From Lentimicrobiaceae bacterium (GTDB lineage: Bacteria; Bacteroidota; Bacteroidia; Bacteroidales; UBA4417): a stretch of DNA of 64,000 bases. The position numbers and the translations under genes are program-made. Shown here piece by piece: positions 1 to 10,089 of this stretch (position 1 is the first letter of the stretch; every line of letters begins with the position of its first letter). Where the stretch lies: contig JBAZWY010000029.1 of NCBI GenBank assembly GCA_041660125.1, positions 2,616 to 66,615 of the forward strand, given 5' to 3'. The notes under the pieces were generated by a model, which saw nothing but the letters and a program-made list of their open reading frames with translations, was not told the DNA's origin and searched no databases.

Positions 1-944
1 TTGGAAAACCGTTCCGGGTTCCAGGTGAATATTTTATAGGCATCCATATAATGAATGTCGAGGTATATCACATCGAGAGGAATTTTTTTCTCACGGAAAG
101 TTCGTGCTATACTCAGTACTTCCGTGTCAGGGAAATAGCTCCAGCGGCATTGCTGAAATCCCAGCGACCAGATAGGAGGGATGTTAATGCGCCCGGTAAG
201 TAAAGTGTATTGGTTGATGATCTGGCGGATATTCCCGTAAATAAAATAATAATTCATTTCGCCACCATCGGCGCCGAAAGATGAAAACCTGTCGTTGGAT
301 GCACCAAAATTGAAAATGCTTTTATAGGTATTATCCATAAAGATGCCGTAACTCAGATTATGATGTATGCCAATGTAAAATGGAAAGGTCGAATACAAAT
401 CATCATCATCAACCTGGTAAGCCGGGTTATCGGTATTCCAGTTGGTATGCGCTTCACCCCGGCGATTGAGGTTACCGGTTTTTTCGCCTAAGCCTGTAAA
501 CTTTTCACCATCCTGCAACTTCTTATAAGTAGTTACTTCTTCACCCACCCAATTGGTGCCGAAAGTATCGTCTTCGTTGATAACCCTGTTATCTCCGGTC
601 AGGAATTTAAAACGCACCGGGTTGGTCGAAATCACAAGTTTAACCGAATCGGTGGTTAAAGTAATTACCTCTTCGGTTTCAATGATTTTGAAATTTGTTT
701 TTTCCGGATTTGCAATAACAGCATAGGAGAAATCTGGCTCAAAATCATTTTTTACAATCCTGATCCTGATTATATCTGTATTGTAAACGATGATTTGAGC
801 TTTGCCAAAGCTGGTTTCAATGAGAAGGCCGGTATCGGTCTTTTTCATTTTCTTAAGATTACCCAGGCTTGTGGATGGTGACTGCTGACTTTGCGCAGCT
901 ATTGACATAATCAGGATGCCTAAGAGGATAGCGATGTTTTTCAT
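1..944 (-). CDS. Glycoside hydrolase family 31 alpha-glucosidase, N-terminal ~314 aa (gene continues past the left edge)
   Basis: Edge-truncated, so absent from the ORF track. Own reverse-strand translation from ATG (comp. 942..944) gives the signal peptide MKNIAILLGILIMSIAAQ. It continues to PPIWSLGFQQCRWSYFPDTEVLSIARTFREKKIPLDVIYLDIHYMDAYKIFTWNPERF, which matches the GH31 'LGFxQCRWxY ... IPxDxxxxDIxYM' region. Confidence 0.7.
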   Translation of the reverse strand, partial: MKNIAILLGILIMSIAAQSQQSPSTSLGNLKKMKKTDTGLLIETSFGKAQIIVYNTDIIRIRIVKNDFEPDFSYAVIANPEKTNFKIIETEEVITLTTDSVKLVISTNPVRFKFLTGDNRVINEDDTFGTNWVGEEVTTYKKLQDGEKFTGLGEKTGNLNRRGEAHTNWNTDNPAYQVDDDDLYSTFPFYIGIHHNLSYGIFMDNTYKSIFNFGASNDRFSSFGADGGEMNYYFIYGNIRQIINQYTLLTGRINIPPIWSLGFQQCRWSYFPDTEVLSIARTFREKKIPLDVIYLDIHYMDAYKIFTWNPERFS

Positions 945-1109
945 AACTCAACGAATAGGAGGCGTAAAAATAGGGATAAAGAGGGAAACTTACAATGGAA
1001 TTTGCTTATAACCGGTGTGCGACTCAAGGTCGAGTTCCGAATATAAAGCCAGCTGTTCAACGTTTAGCATGGTTATTCAGGGTTTGACTTCAGGTCGTGC
1101 CCTGGCTAA

Positions 1110-1140
1110 AAGTAAAAGCAGGACGTTACGCCCTGCTTTT
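1110..1140 (-). terminator. Rho-independent terminator candidate after the M16 peptidase pair
   Basis: Hairpin agcagg(1117-1122)/cctgct(1132-1137). On the minus strand it is followed by a T-rich tract. It lies 25 nt downstream of the stop at 1163. Confidence 0.5.
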
Positions 1141-1162
1141 TACATTTTAATAGAATAAGTTG

Positions 1163-3283
1163 TTATTTAACTTCAAAGAAATCGTCTTTCAGTTTCGAAT
1201 CTAATTTAATTGCTGAAACAACAAAACTAATGGTTTGCTGGCCCATATTCTGGGTCTTACCGTGTGGAAACAATACACCATCAACAGCTTTATAATCAGA
1301 ATATTCAGTTGTGCCTTGATTGTCTTCAACGCGCACTTTTAAGCCGGTTTGAACATCGTAATATTCGGTATCTTTCCTGTCGCCGCCTTTATTCACCTGG
1401 ATTTTGTAGTACTGTTTCTGATCTTTTTGCTCTTCGATACCTAAAAGTTCAGTTGTATAACCCAATGAGGCATAGTACATTTCAGGGAAGATCATGGCAG
1501 CTTCCTTCATGCCATCCAGTTCATCACCTTCAATTGCTTTGCTCTGGCCGTTCATTGGAGACGAAGCCATTCCTTTTCCTGCATTATAAACCTGTTTGGC
1601 AAACACCATGGCTCCCGAGCCAATCTGCATAAGCATTTTATCAGGCGCTTTATAGTACATATCAAGGGATATCGGCATATTTTGCATGGTAGCTCCGGCG
1701 TTAATGGTAACGTCTTTTATCTTTTTAAGCTTTTTGGCGCCACCAATTGCGGTGATATAATTGTCGATTACCTGTCCGGCTGTAATGCCGGCAGGAGCAG
1801 GCTTCAACTTCTTATTTGGATCGTATTGTTTCCCTTCGATATCATAATACAATATCTCACCACTTTTGGCAAACTTCTTGAGTTTTGGAGCAATTTCTTC
1901 AGCTTTTCCAACCACCAGCAGGTAAGCATTGTCAGGCTTGATGTATTTTTGAGCCGTAAGTTGAACATCTGCCGAATTCAAAGCAGCTAACTTCGTGAGA
2001 TAGGTTGCATAATAATCTTTAGGCAGGTTATAACGTGCTGTACTGATAGCGAAATTAGCAACAGTTGAAGGATTCTCCAATGCACGGCCAAAATTCCCCA
2101 TCATATAATTACGAACCATGTTAAGCTCATCATCGGCAACAGGTTCGGTGCGCAAACGGTTCATTTCGGCAAGAATCTCGGTAAATGAACTATCAGTTAC
2201 GGGGTTACGTACTTCAGCGGATGCATTGAATTTACCGATCAGTTTATCTGACTGAAGGCTCGAATAAGCACCATAGGTCCAGCCGTGTTTTTCGCGCAGG
2301 TTGTTGAAAAGCCTGAACGATCCTCCACCCAGAATAGTGTTTGTAAGTTTAACCTTAATATCGTCAGCCGAGCCTGGTTTAAGATCAATCGGATAGGTAA
2401 CATTAATGGTTGATTGAACCGCATTAGGCCTGTCAACTATAGCAACCGTAGTTTTTGCAGGTGCTTTGGGAGTCGGGTAAGTTGCCTTTGGAACATCACC
2501 GCGCTGCCAGCTGCTGAAGTATTTTTCAACCAATGGTTTTGCCTGATCCAGTGTAATATCTCCTACTATGGCAAGGTATGCAACATTGGGTTTGAAAAAT
2601 GTCTTATAGAATTCGGTACACTTTTCGAGAGTGATTTTTTTAACTGATTCTTCCGAAGCATTTAACCCGTAAGGATGGCTATTTCCATATACCAGAACCG
2701 AGTTTACACGCTGTGAAATGGCACCTGGATCATTTTTGGAGGCTTCGAGACCTGAAAGTGTCTGTTTACGGATCTTTTCCATTTCTGCAGCTTTAAAATC
2801 TGCATTCAGCAATATATCCGACATAATGGCAAGAAGTGCTTCATTATGCCTTGTTAAACAACTTGCTGACATTCCGTCGGCTGAAGTATAAAGGCTTGCC
2901 CCTAAATTATCTACAGCTTCATCGATCTGCTCTTTTGTGCGTGTGGTTGTACCAGTGCGCATCAACTGTCCTGCAAAATCAGTATATCCTGCCATATCCC
3001 CTTCGAAAACCGGATCGTTGTCCAGTACCAAAGAATAGGATAAGCGTGGGATTTTATGATTTTCGACAACGAACACTTTCAATCCGTTGGCTAATTCGAA
3101 CGACTGGTATTCACCGATTTTAATAACAGGTGCCGGTCCTGCCTGCGGGCGTTTGCTGCGGTCGAGAACTTCCTTAACAACCTGTGGTGCGACTGGTTTT
3201 ACAGTTTTTCCTTTTTTTACCTGAGCAGCTAAAGGGAGTGTAATAATAAGGGCTGCTATAATTGATATGATTCTGTTTTTCAT
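1163..3283 (-). CDS. M16 (pitrilysin) family peptidase-like protein, non-catalytic type, with an extra ~250-aa C-terminal domain
   Basis: 706-aa ORF with a signal peptide. It has the M16 two-domain layout but no HxxEH motif. It sits 16 nt downstream of, and co-oriented with, the HxxEH-bearing M16 gene. Confidence 0.75.
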   Translation of the reverse strand: MKNRIISIIAALIITLPLAAQVKKGKTVKPVAPQVVKEVLDRSKRPQAGPAPVIKIGEYQSFELANGLKVFVVENHKIPRLSYSLVLDNDPVFEGDMAGYTDFAGQLMRTGTTTRTKEQIDEAVDNLGASLYTSADGMSASCLTRHNEALLAIMSDILLNADFKAAEMEKIRKQTLSGLEASKNDPGAISQRVNSVLVYGNSHPYGLNASEESVKKITLEKCTEFYKTFFKPNVAYLAIVGDITLDQAKPLVEKYFSSWQRGDVPKATYPTPKAPAKTTVAIVDRPNAVQSTINVTYPIDLKPGSADDIKVKLTNTILGGGSFRLFNNLREKHGWTYGAYSSLQSDKLIGKFNASAEVRNPVTDSSFTEILAEMNRLRTEPVADDELNMVRNYMMGNFGRALENPSTVANFAISTARYNLPKDYYATYLTKLAALNSADVQLTAQKYIKPDNAYLLVVGKAEEIAPKLKKFAKSGEILYYDIEGKQYDPNKKLKPAPAGITAGQVIDNYITAIGGAKKLKKIKDVTINAGATMQNMPISLDMYYKAPDKMLMQIGSGAMVFAKQVYNAGKGMASSPMNGQSKAIEGDELDGMKEAAMIFPEMYYASLGYTTELLGIEEQKDQKQYYKIQVNKGGDRKDTEYYDVQTGLKVRVEDNQGTTEYSDYKAVDGVLFPHGKTQNMGQQTISFVVSAIKLDSKLKDDFFEVK

Positions 3284-3298
3284 AGTGTGGTTCCTCCT

Positions 3299-4627
3299 TT
3301 AGTTTTTTTCGGTTGATTTCGGTAAATAAGTCAGAACCACCCTGTTTTCAGGGGTAAGATATTTTTTTGCAACCCGTTGAAGATCGGCAGGAGTTACTTT
3401 CATATACCGGTCAATTTCGGTATTGATAAGGTTGGCATCTTTAAAATACACATGGTAATTCGCCAGGTTCTCAGCTATACCAGCCATAGTACTGTTGCCA
3501 GTAACAAAGTCATTTTCAACTTTATTGCGAAGTTTCTGGAACTCAGCATCTGAAATTTCAGCAGTTTTCACCTTTTCGATTTCGGATTCGATAGCTTTTT
3601 CCAGGTCTGCTGGTTGAACGCCCATATTTACCAGACCGAAAATCAGGAACAAGCCTGGATCTTCAAGTGCAAACGGGAACGACATTACCTGCAATGCTTT
3701 TTGCTGCTGGTCAACTATGGCTTTGTACATGCGCGAACTTTGTCCGTCCGAAAGCAAAGTAGTCAGCATCGAAAGTGCATACGAATCAGGTGTACCCTGT
3801 GCTGGCATATGATACGACATAATTACAGCCGGCAATTGGATATTGTCATAAACAGTATCAACGACTTCAGCAGTTTTTTCAGGTTCAACAACGCTGGGTC
3901 TGTATATTTCCTTGGTACCTTTGGGTATATCGCCGAAGTATTTTTCAATCATCTTTTTTGTACTATCTATATTCAGGTCACCGGCAATTGATAAAGTTGC
4001 ATTGTTGGGCACATAATAAATGCTGTGGAAATCCATGAATTCCTGCAATGTGGCTTTATTCAGGTCTTCCGGATAACCAATCGGCGTCCATTTGTATGGA
4101 TGTACTTTATATGCATTCTCCATGGTTTTTTCAATAACGGAACCGTAAGGACGGTTATCATAGGATTGTTTGCGTTCTTCTTTTACAACGGCACGCTGTG
4201 TTTCGACACCGGTACTATCCATGCGCAGATGCAGCAATCTTTCTGATTCGAGCCACAACCCAAGTTCAATCTGATTGCTGGGAAGTATTTCGTAATAATA
4301 GGTACGGTCCTGTGAAGTATTGGCATTCAGTGTTCCGCCTGCTGAGAGCGTGATTTTATCATAATCTCCGCGGGGAATGTTGTCCGAACCTTCGAACATA
4401 AGATGCTCAAAGAAATGTGCAAAACCGGTTCGGCCCGGAACTTCATTTTTCGATCCTACATGATACAGGATCGAGACAGCAACAATCGGCGTTGTATTAT
4501 CCTGGTGCAGAATAACATGCAAGCCATTTGGCAGGTCATATTCAGTGAATTTGATGCTGCCTTGTTGTGCCATTGTACCCAAGAAAGGGAAGATGACAAG
4601 CAACAGAATTAATAATCTGACTTTCAT
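3299..4627 (-). CDS. M16 family zinc metallopeptidase (active subunit)
   Basis: 442 aa with a signal peptide. Inverted zinc motif HFFEHLMFEG (HxxEH) in GFAHFFEHLMFEGSDN. Confidence 0.85.
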   Translation of the reverse strand: MKVRLLILLLVIFPFLGTMAQQGSIKFTEYDLPNGLHVILHQDNTTPIVAVSILYHVGSKNEVPGRTGFAHFFEHLMFEGSDNIPRGDYDKITLSAGGTLNANTSQDRTYYYEILPSNQIELGLWLESERLLHLRMDSTGVETQRAVVKEERKQSYDNRPYGSVIEKTMENAYKVHPYKWTPIGYPEDLNKATLQEFMDFHSIYYVPNNATLSIAGDLNIDSTKKMIEKYFGDIPKGTKEIYRPSVVEPEKTAEVVDTVYDNIQLPAVIMSYHMPAQGTPDSYALSMLTTLLSDGQSSRMYKAIVDQQQKALQVMSFPFALEDPGLFLIFGLVNMGVQPADLEKAIESEIEKVKTAEISDAEFQKLRNKVENDFVTGNSTMAGIAENLANYHVYFKDANLINTEIDRYMKVTPADLQRVAKKYLTPENRVVLTYLPKSTEKN

Positions 4628-4813
4628 AAATTGTTTGTTAGGTTTATAAATTGATTATTTGGGTAATAATTTGGAAAGAGGAAGCGAAAAGCGCAATAGT
4701 CAGGAAAGAGAATTTAATAGTTGAGCAAATATCTGTTATTATTCTCAAATGAGCACCATATCTCAGAATTTATTTCGTTTTATTGGCTCAATATACAGCT
4801 AGATTCCTACTGC

Positions 4814-5455
4814 CTAACTCCACTTGGAAATCAATTTTTCTACAGTTTTAAAATTTAAAATAATTTCTTTAACATACATCAACAATTCATCGGGTTTGTG
4901 TGTGGTAGCCACTCCAATAACCTGCATTCCCGCCTGCTGTGCAGACAATATACCCGGTACTGAATCTTCAAAAACAATACATTCGGAGGGTGGCACTCCA
5001 AGTTTGGCTGCAGTGAGGAGGTAAATTTCAGGATCTGGTTTTCCGTGCTTCACCATTGACGAGTCGGTAATAACATTGAAATATTTTTTTAAGCCTGTTG
5101 CTTCCAGCGTGAAATTTACATTTTCATGGGGCGCCGAAGTTGCTAGGGCAATAGCAATCCCTTGGCTGAAGGCATATTTAAGGAAAGCCGGTAATCCTTC
5201 AACAGGTTTGATAAATGGCCTGTACAACTCACGATAGATTGTCTCTTTTTCTTCGGCAAGGGCAGTAATTTCATCTTTGGTGAGATTCTTATTGAATAAC
5301 GAATTCATGATCAGATGGTTAGTTGACCCGAAATATTTACTGAATTCTTCCTTTGTAATTTTCAATCCATGCTTTTTGCCAAATTCAACAAAAGCATTTA
5401 AATGCCAGGAATAATTATCGACAATTACGCCGTCCATATCAAAAATAAGTACCAT
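4814..5455 (-). CDS. HAD-IA family hydrolase (beta-phosphoglucomutase-like)
   Basis: HAD motif I FDMDGVIVDN, motif II ALATSAP, motif III HGKPDPEIY and motif IV FEDSVPG. Confidence 0.75.
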   Translation of the reverse strand: MVLIFDMDGVIVDNYSWHLNAFVEFGKKHGLKITKEEFSKYFGSTNHLIMNSLFNKNLTKDEITALAEEKETIYRELYRPFIKPVEGLPAFLKYAFSQGIAIALATSAPHENVNFTLEATGLKKYFNVITDSSMVKHGKPDPEIYLLTAAKLGVPPSECIVFEDSVPGILSAQQAGMQVIGVATTHKPDELLMYVKEIILNFKTVEKLISKWS

Positions 5456-5560
5456 AGATGCTGATCAGGCTGTTAACAAATAAATTTAGACGGCGTCAAA
5501 ATTAAGGAATCAATTTATACTTTTGAGTTATTGAATTTGGTATTTAACTTGAATAATTCC

Positions 5561-5729
5561 TAAACTTCATTTAAGACAAAAGATAAAAGGCTAAAGATAA
5601 AAGGATCAAAACATTATGAGAAGCAATTACTAAAATCGTCTATACAAAATAAATTATAAAAATGGCTTACAAGTGCCTGACTTTTATCTCTTTACTTTAG
5701 TCTTTTATCTTCTGCATGAATAATGCAGG
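5561..5729 (-). repeat. Copy A (inverted orientation, more diverged) of a ~175-bp inverted-repeat intergenic element
   Basis: The reverse complement aligns along its full length with 27483..27656 and 52684..52864. Shared landmarks are cctgcattattcatgcagaagataaaag ... gtcaggca ... cataatgttttgatcctttt ... cttttatcttttgtctt ... gaagttta. Confidence 0.7.
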
Positions 5730-5914
5730 TTAGAAAACCTTATAAATAATAGTTCTGTTTGAATATGATGTATGAGTTTAAGTACATTCTCAAAACTTTA
5801 GTATTCCGCATCCCGAAAACCACAAACCAGAACCTTGAACTTTGAATCCGGAACCCGGAACAATTGAATACAATTTCAACAAGCCTTAATTAACTCATAA
5901 CTATTACCAATCCT

Positions 5915-6391
5915 ATGAATTCAACTTACCTGAAAAACTTGAGAACCGTGTACTTCGCCATGGCAATGGGGATAGTGTTATTTATGCTAGTTACGTATTT
6001 TGTAAATAGTATAAACGGTCCCCTGGCCGAAACAGATATAGCTCCGGCTCAAAGGACTCCATTCATGATCGCTTTACTTGTTTTGACCGGAGCCATTTTT
6101 ATGATTTACAGAGCTGTTTTCCCGAAGAAACTTGAAGCCATTAAGGCTTTACCCACACTTAGCAGGAAACTGGCAGCCTGGCGTGAATTGTCTTTTCTCC
6201 ATGCAGCGCTGATTGAGGCGCCGGCATTTTTTGCAATAGTATTATTCCTGCTTTTGGGAGTATTCACCCTTTTAATCTGGCCGGTTGCAGGTATCTTTCT
6301 TTTCTGGTTGCAGCAACCTACACGCGCTAAACTTATAAGAGAAGCAAATCTTTCTTCAGCAGAAATAGCTGAATTTGATAGCATGAATTAG
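5915..6391 (+). CDS. Hypothetical integral membrane protein (about 4 TM segments)
   Basis: 158-aa ORF with hydrophobic helices. No recognisable family motif. Confidence 0.45.
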   Translation: MNSTYLKNLRTVYFAMAMGIVLFMLVTYFVNSINGPLAETDIAPAQRTPFMIALLVLTGAIFMIYRAVFPKKLEAIKALPTLSRKLAAWRELSFLHAALIEAPAFFAIVLFLLLGVFTLLIWPVAGIFLFWLQQPTRAKLIREANLSSAEIAEFDSMN

Positions 6392-6730
6392 TCGTTGGCT
6401 CCATTTTTAAAGGCGAATCGACTATGTTTCCTGTTTTAGCTTGTTATTTCGTATAAAAATGTGGTTGTTGAGTTAATTGTTTCTCCTCGCTGCTATTCCC
6501 GAAAAGTAAGCTTTCCGGCAAAATGGTAATATTTATTTTTATTTCAGTATTTCACTTAGTTAGAGATTAAATATCTTAGTATCATTAATTTGTAAATGTC
6601 GAATGTCTGCAGCAAGAATTCTATAATGTCAATTTATTTATGGAACTACCTGACTTCCATAGGCTTTTAATCATTGAAACGTATAGGAATCCCGTATTTC
6701 ATGAATTAGCAAATCAAATAATAATTTATA

Positions 6731-6738
6731 TACCTTTG
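6731..6738 (+). promoter_or_regulatory. Bacteroidota -7 promoter box (TAnnTTTG) upstream of pfk
   Basis: TACCTTTG, 63 nt upstream of the ATG at 6801. Confidence 0.4.
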
Positions 6739-6800
6739 CACCGATTTTTCAAAATTGTAAAGCAATGCCACAATTAATTGGTATTCAATAATATAAATAT

Positions 6801-7916
6801 ATGAAAAGAGTAATGGTCCTAACCGGAGGCGGTGATTGCCCCGGATTAAATGCAGTTATCAGAGCAATTGTCAAGCGTGCTTCGCAGGAAACCAATTGGG
6901 AAGTATTGGGAAGTATAAAAGCTTTTGATGGAATTCTGAACGAGCCTACCGAACTTATGATTCTGGATTCGGAGAAAGTAGCCGGAATTCATTACCAGGG
7001 CGGTACAATCATTCAGACAACCAATAAAGGCGGTCCATATGCATGGCCTGTAAAAAATAAAAAAGGTGAATGGGAATACGTGGATCGTTCGGATGAAATG
7101 ATACGTAAAATGTCGTACCTGGGTATTGATGCCGTTATCAGTATTGGCGGCGACGGATCGCAGCGCATTTCACAGAGATTATTTGAACAAGGCCTTAACA
7201 TTATCGGAGTACCGAAAACAATTGATAACGACCTTTCGGCTACTGACTCAACATTCGGATTTCAGACTGCTATTGAAATAGCTACAGAAGCTGTTGATAA
7301 ACTTGTTACCACTGCTGCAAGTCACAACCGCGTGTTTATCCTTGAAGTTATGGGCCGTGATGCGGGCTGGATTGCATTGAATGCAGCGGTTGCCGGGGGT
7401 GCTGAAATTTGCCTGATACCCGAAATTCCATACGATACCAACGAAGTGCTTTCGAAAATAAATGCCCGTTTCCACAAAGGACGCGGATTTGCAATCATTA
7501 TTGTTGCTGAAGGTGCCAAGCCAAAGGATGGTGAAATTATTGGAGAAAAGAGTACCGAAATCGGATATGAACATGTACGCCTGGGTGGTATAGGCTTTAA
7601 ACTCCAGGACGATCTTAAAAAACTGGGATGTGAACCTGATATCAGGGTTACTGTTTTAGGCCACCTTCAGCGCGGAGGCGTTCCTCTTGCTTACGACCGT
7701 GTGCTGGCTGCGCAATTTGGCGTGAAAGCATTCGAAATGGTTCTTAACGAAGAATTCGGACGTATGGTTTCATATAGTCATCCGTATATTACCAGTGTCA
7801 CTTTGAAAGATGCGATTCAGAAACCTAACCTGGTAACCATGGATACTGCACTGATGAAAACAGCCCGCGGACTTGGAATCAGCTTCGGAAACGATCAGAT
7901 TGCACTCGAGGAATAA
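6801..7916 (+). CDS. pfkA: 6-phosphofructokinase (group III type)
   Basis: GGGDCPGLNAVIRA, SIGGDGS, GVPKTIDNDL, MGRDAGWIAL and HLQRGG motifs. GGDGS (Gly at the ATP/PPi discriminator) combined with PKTIDND (Lys) is the mixed signature seen in group III ATP-PFKs. Confidence 0.9.
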   Translation: MKRVMVLTGGGDCPGLNAVIRAIVKRASQETNWEVLGSIKAFDGILNEPTELMILDSEKVAGIHYQGGTIIQTTNKGGPYAWPVKNKKGEWEYVDRSDEMIRKMSYLGIDAVISIGGDGSQRISQRLFEQGLNIIGVPKTIDNDLSATDSTFGFQTAIEIATEAVDKLVTTAASHNRVFILEVMGRDAGWIALNAAVAGGAEICLIPEIPYDTNEVLSKINARFHKGRGFAIIIVAEGAKPKDGEIIGEKSTEIGYEHVRLGGIGFKLQDDLKKLGCEPDIRVTVLGHLQRGGVPLAYDRVLAAQFGVKAFEMVLNEEFGRMVSYSHPYITSVTLKDAIQKPNLVTMDTALMKTARGLGISFGNDQIALEE

Positions 7917-7943
7917 TTTTTTAAAAACAATTAAATACTGAGA

Positions 7944-7967
7944 AAGCTTCCGAAAGGAGGCTTTTTT
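7944..7967 (+). terminator. Rho-independent terminator after pfk
   Basis: aagcttcc-gaaa-ggaggctt hairpin followed by TTTT. Confidence 0.6.
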
Positions 7968-8132
7968 ATTGTCCGGTGTTAAGTCCAAATCATCTGAAAA
8001 TGAATACTACATAATTTAAAAGTCTAAAAATTGTAATGGCTCCTTAAAACAGTGGAATTAAAAAACTTTGAATATGGAAGTTAATTTGTTGGAATTTATC
8101 CTTAATTTTACTTTTAAACTAAAGACAACACT

Positions 8133-8624
8133 ATGAAAACCAGAAACTTTATTGCAATTGCTATGGCAAGCTTGTTCGGGCTTGCTATGATTACTTCCTG
8201 TGGCGGCGGGAAAACCGGCGACAAGTCAACTTCGGATTCAACCAAAGTTAGTGAACAACCAGCTCAACCAGCAGCTCCCAGTGCTGAACAAATGGCTATG
8301 GGCAAGAAAATTTATGAAACACCTGCGAAATGCATTACCTGTCACCAGGCTGATGGAAAAGGCGTAAAAGGAGCATTCCCGCCTTTAGCCGGTTCAGACT
8401 ATTTGCTTGCAGATAAAAAACGTGCTGTGGCCCAGGTACTTAATGGCTCGCATCATGCTATTGTCGTAAATGGCGATACTTATACCGGTGAAATGCTGCA
8501 GCAGGTGGGAACCCATGAAGAAGCTGTTGCTGTTATCAATTATGTTCTGAATAATTTTGGAAACAATGGTGGATATATTACCGTTGACGAAGTAAAAGAC
8601 ATTGTGATTGATCCACGTAAATAG
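8133..8624 (+). CDS. Class I c-type cytochrome, lipoprotein
   Basis: Lipobox LAMITSC, a low-complexity linker and a single haem-binding CITCH (CxxCH) motif. Confidence 0.75.
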   Translation: MKTRNFIAIAMASLFGLAMITSCGGGKTGDKSTSDSTKVSEQPAQPAAPSAEQMAMGKKIYETPAKCITCHQADGKGVKGAFPPLAGSDYLLADKKRAVAQVLNGSHHAIVVNGDTYTGEMLQQVGTHEEAVAVINYVLNNFGNNGGYITVDEVKDIVIDPRK

Positions 8625-8647
8625 TCTGTTTACATTATATTTAAATG

Positions 8648-8668
8648 GGAGCTTCGGCTCCTTTTTTT
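8648..8668 (+). terminator. Rho-independent terminator after the cytochrome c gene
   Basis: ggagc-ttcg-gctcc hairpin followed by T7. Confidence 0.65.
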
Positions 8669-8883
8669 AGGTCAGGCTTAAATGCCGGATTTAAAATATA
8701 TGGACAAACATGCCCGTTCGTCAACTTTCATTTCATTTCATTAATTTAATCTGAATTGGTTACTTTGTAAAACGTAACCATAAAACCATAAACCAACTTA
8801 TTCCTACAAATCAAATATTAATCATATTTCCGCACGTCCCTAATCCAGGTTTGGAAAAATATACTTCCAAATGCAAGAATAAA

Positions 8884-9672
8884 CTAACGGCAGAGTCTTT
8901 TAAATGAATCTATATTTCCTTTGTACACATTAAAGTCAACATTTCCCCTGATCCCATCCACCCTTCCTTTTTCGCTGTGCTGCCAGAGTATCCATGGTGT
9001 AAGGAATTCATTGTAAAAACGCTCATGATCGAAGTAACCGGCAATCCACAAGGGATACTCATCAAAACTCCCGATCAGGAAGGTGTTATAGAAATTAATA
9101 TTTGTATAGATTATGGGTTTTAATTTATAATATTTCTCAAGCCGGTTGGCAAAAGCCTCTAGCCCTTCGCAGATTTTCTTCGCAGATCTTCCATTACTAT
9201 GTTCGATATCAATTACCGGGGGTAAGTCGCCCCTGGATAGTTTTACGATATTTATAAAGTTGTCAGCCTGTTTGTTAGCATCACGCGAAGGATAATAGAC
9301 ATGATAAGCCCCGCGAAGTAAACCATTCTGCTCTGAATGTTTCCAGTTGGTTTCGAACTGATTATCCTGGCGGGTAATGCCTTCAGTAGCTTTGATAAAA
9401 GCAAAAGAAATCTGAATGCCTTTATTTTTCATCCGGCTCACCCTTTCCCAGTCGATATTGCCCTGATGCTTCGAAACATCAATACCATGAACGGTATATC
9501 CTTTGGGCAAAATAATCCCGAACGAACTCACGGGAGGTGCCGCTTCTTTCCCGTTATTTATCAGTGTATTAAACCAGGAAGGTGCTTTAATTATCAATAA
9601 CATAACTACCAGGATTAATCCCGGGATAAGCAGCAAGCGCAGTAATAATTTTATATTTTCAGATATTTTCAT
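8884..9672 (-). CDS. GH25 family muramidase (lysozyme) with an N-terminal membrane anchor
   Basis: GIDVSKHQGNIDW ... FAFIKATEG ... GAYHVYYP ... PPVIDIEH are GH25 signatures. The track ORF runs to 9765. I prefer the internal start MKISENIK at comp. 9670..9672, directly before the TM helix. Confidence 0.75.
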   Translation of the reverse strand: MKISENIKLLLRLLLIPGLILVVMLLIIKAPSWFNTLINNGKEAAPPVSSFGIILPKGYTVHGIDVSKHQGNIDWERVSRMKNKGIQISFAFIKATEGITRQDNQFETNWKHSEQNGLLRGAYHVYYPSRDANKQADNFINIVKLSRGDLPPVIDIEHSNGRSAKKICEGLEAFANRLEKYYKLKPIIYTNINFYNTFLIGSFDEYPLWIAGYFDHERFYNEFLTPWILWQHSEKGRVDGIRGNVDFNVYKGNIDSFKRLCR

Positions 9673-10089
9673 TAATGAGTCGTAAAACTTAGAATGGTAT
9701 AAAAGGCAAATCTTCAACCTGTGATTATCCGGGTTTATGCTTCCGCAAATGGCTGAAACAAACAAAAATTAAATTTTTCATCGTAATTTTGCTGTTTCCG
9801 TTTAATCGGCAAATTTACTGTTGTTAATTGAACGAAAAGGAAATCAGGAATGTTTTATCAAAAATATACATATTCTTAAGGACGTTGTAACTAGTGGGGA
9901 AAAACATACAAATGCTACGATAACCTTGTACGATAGGGTGATCCGCGATCGCAAAGCAAAATTTTTTGTTTCTGACTCTTGCGAAGTGGGTACAGTCAAA
10001 TCCGACATCGTACATCAAACATCCGACATCCTCAATCCTATATCCCTTGCTCAAAACCCTACCACCCAAATCCTAATCACATAAAAAAC

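Noticed and set aside
1-30. ccgttccgggttccagg at the window start, resembling the intergenic GGAACCCGGAAC word repeats.
   Set aside because: Here it lies in frame inside the GH31 coding sequence (TWNPERF). This is a coincidental match, not a repeat element.
8884-9672. GH25 lysozyme as a marker of a prophage lysis cassette.
   Set aside because: No holin, capsid, tail, integrase or other phage genes are nearby. The neighbours are cytochrome c and a GH13 amylase. It is more likely a housekeeping or autolytic muramidase.
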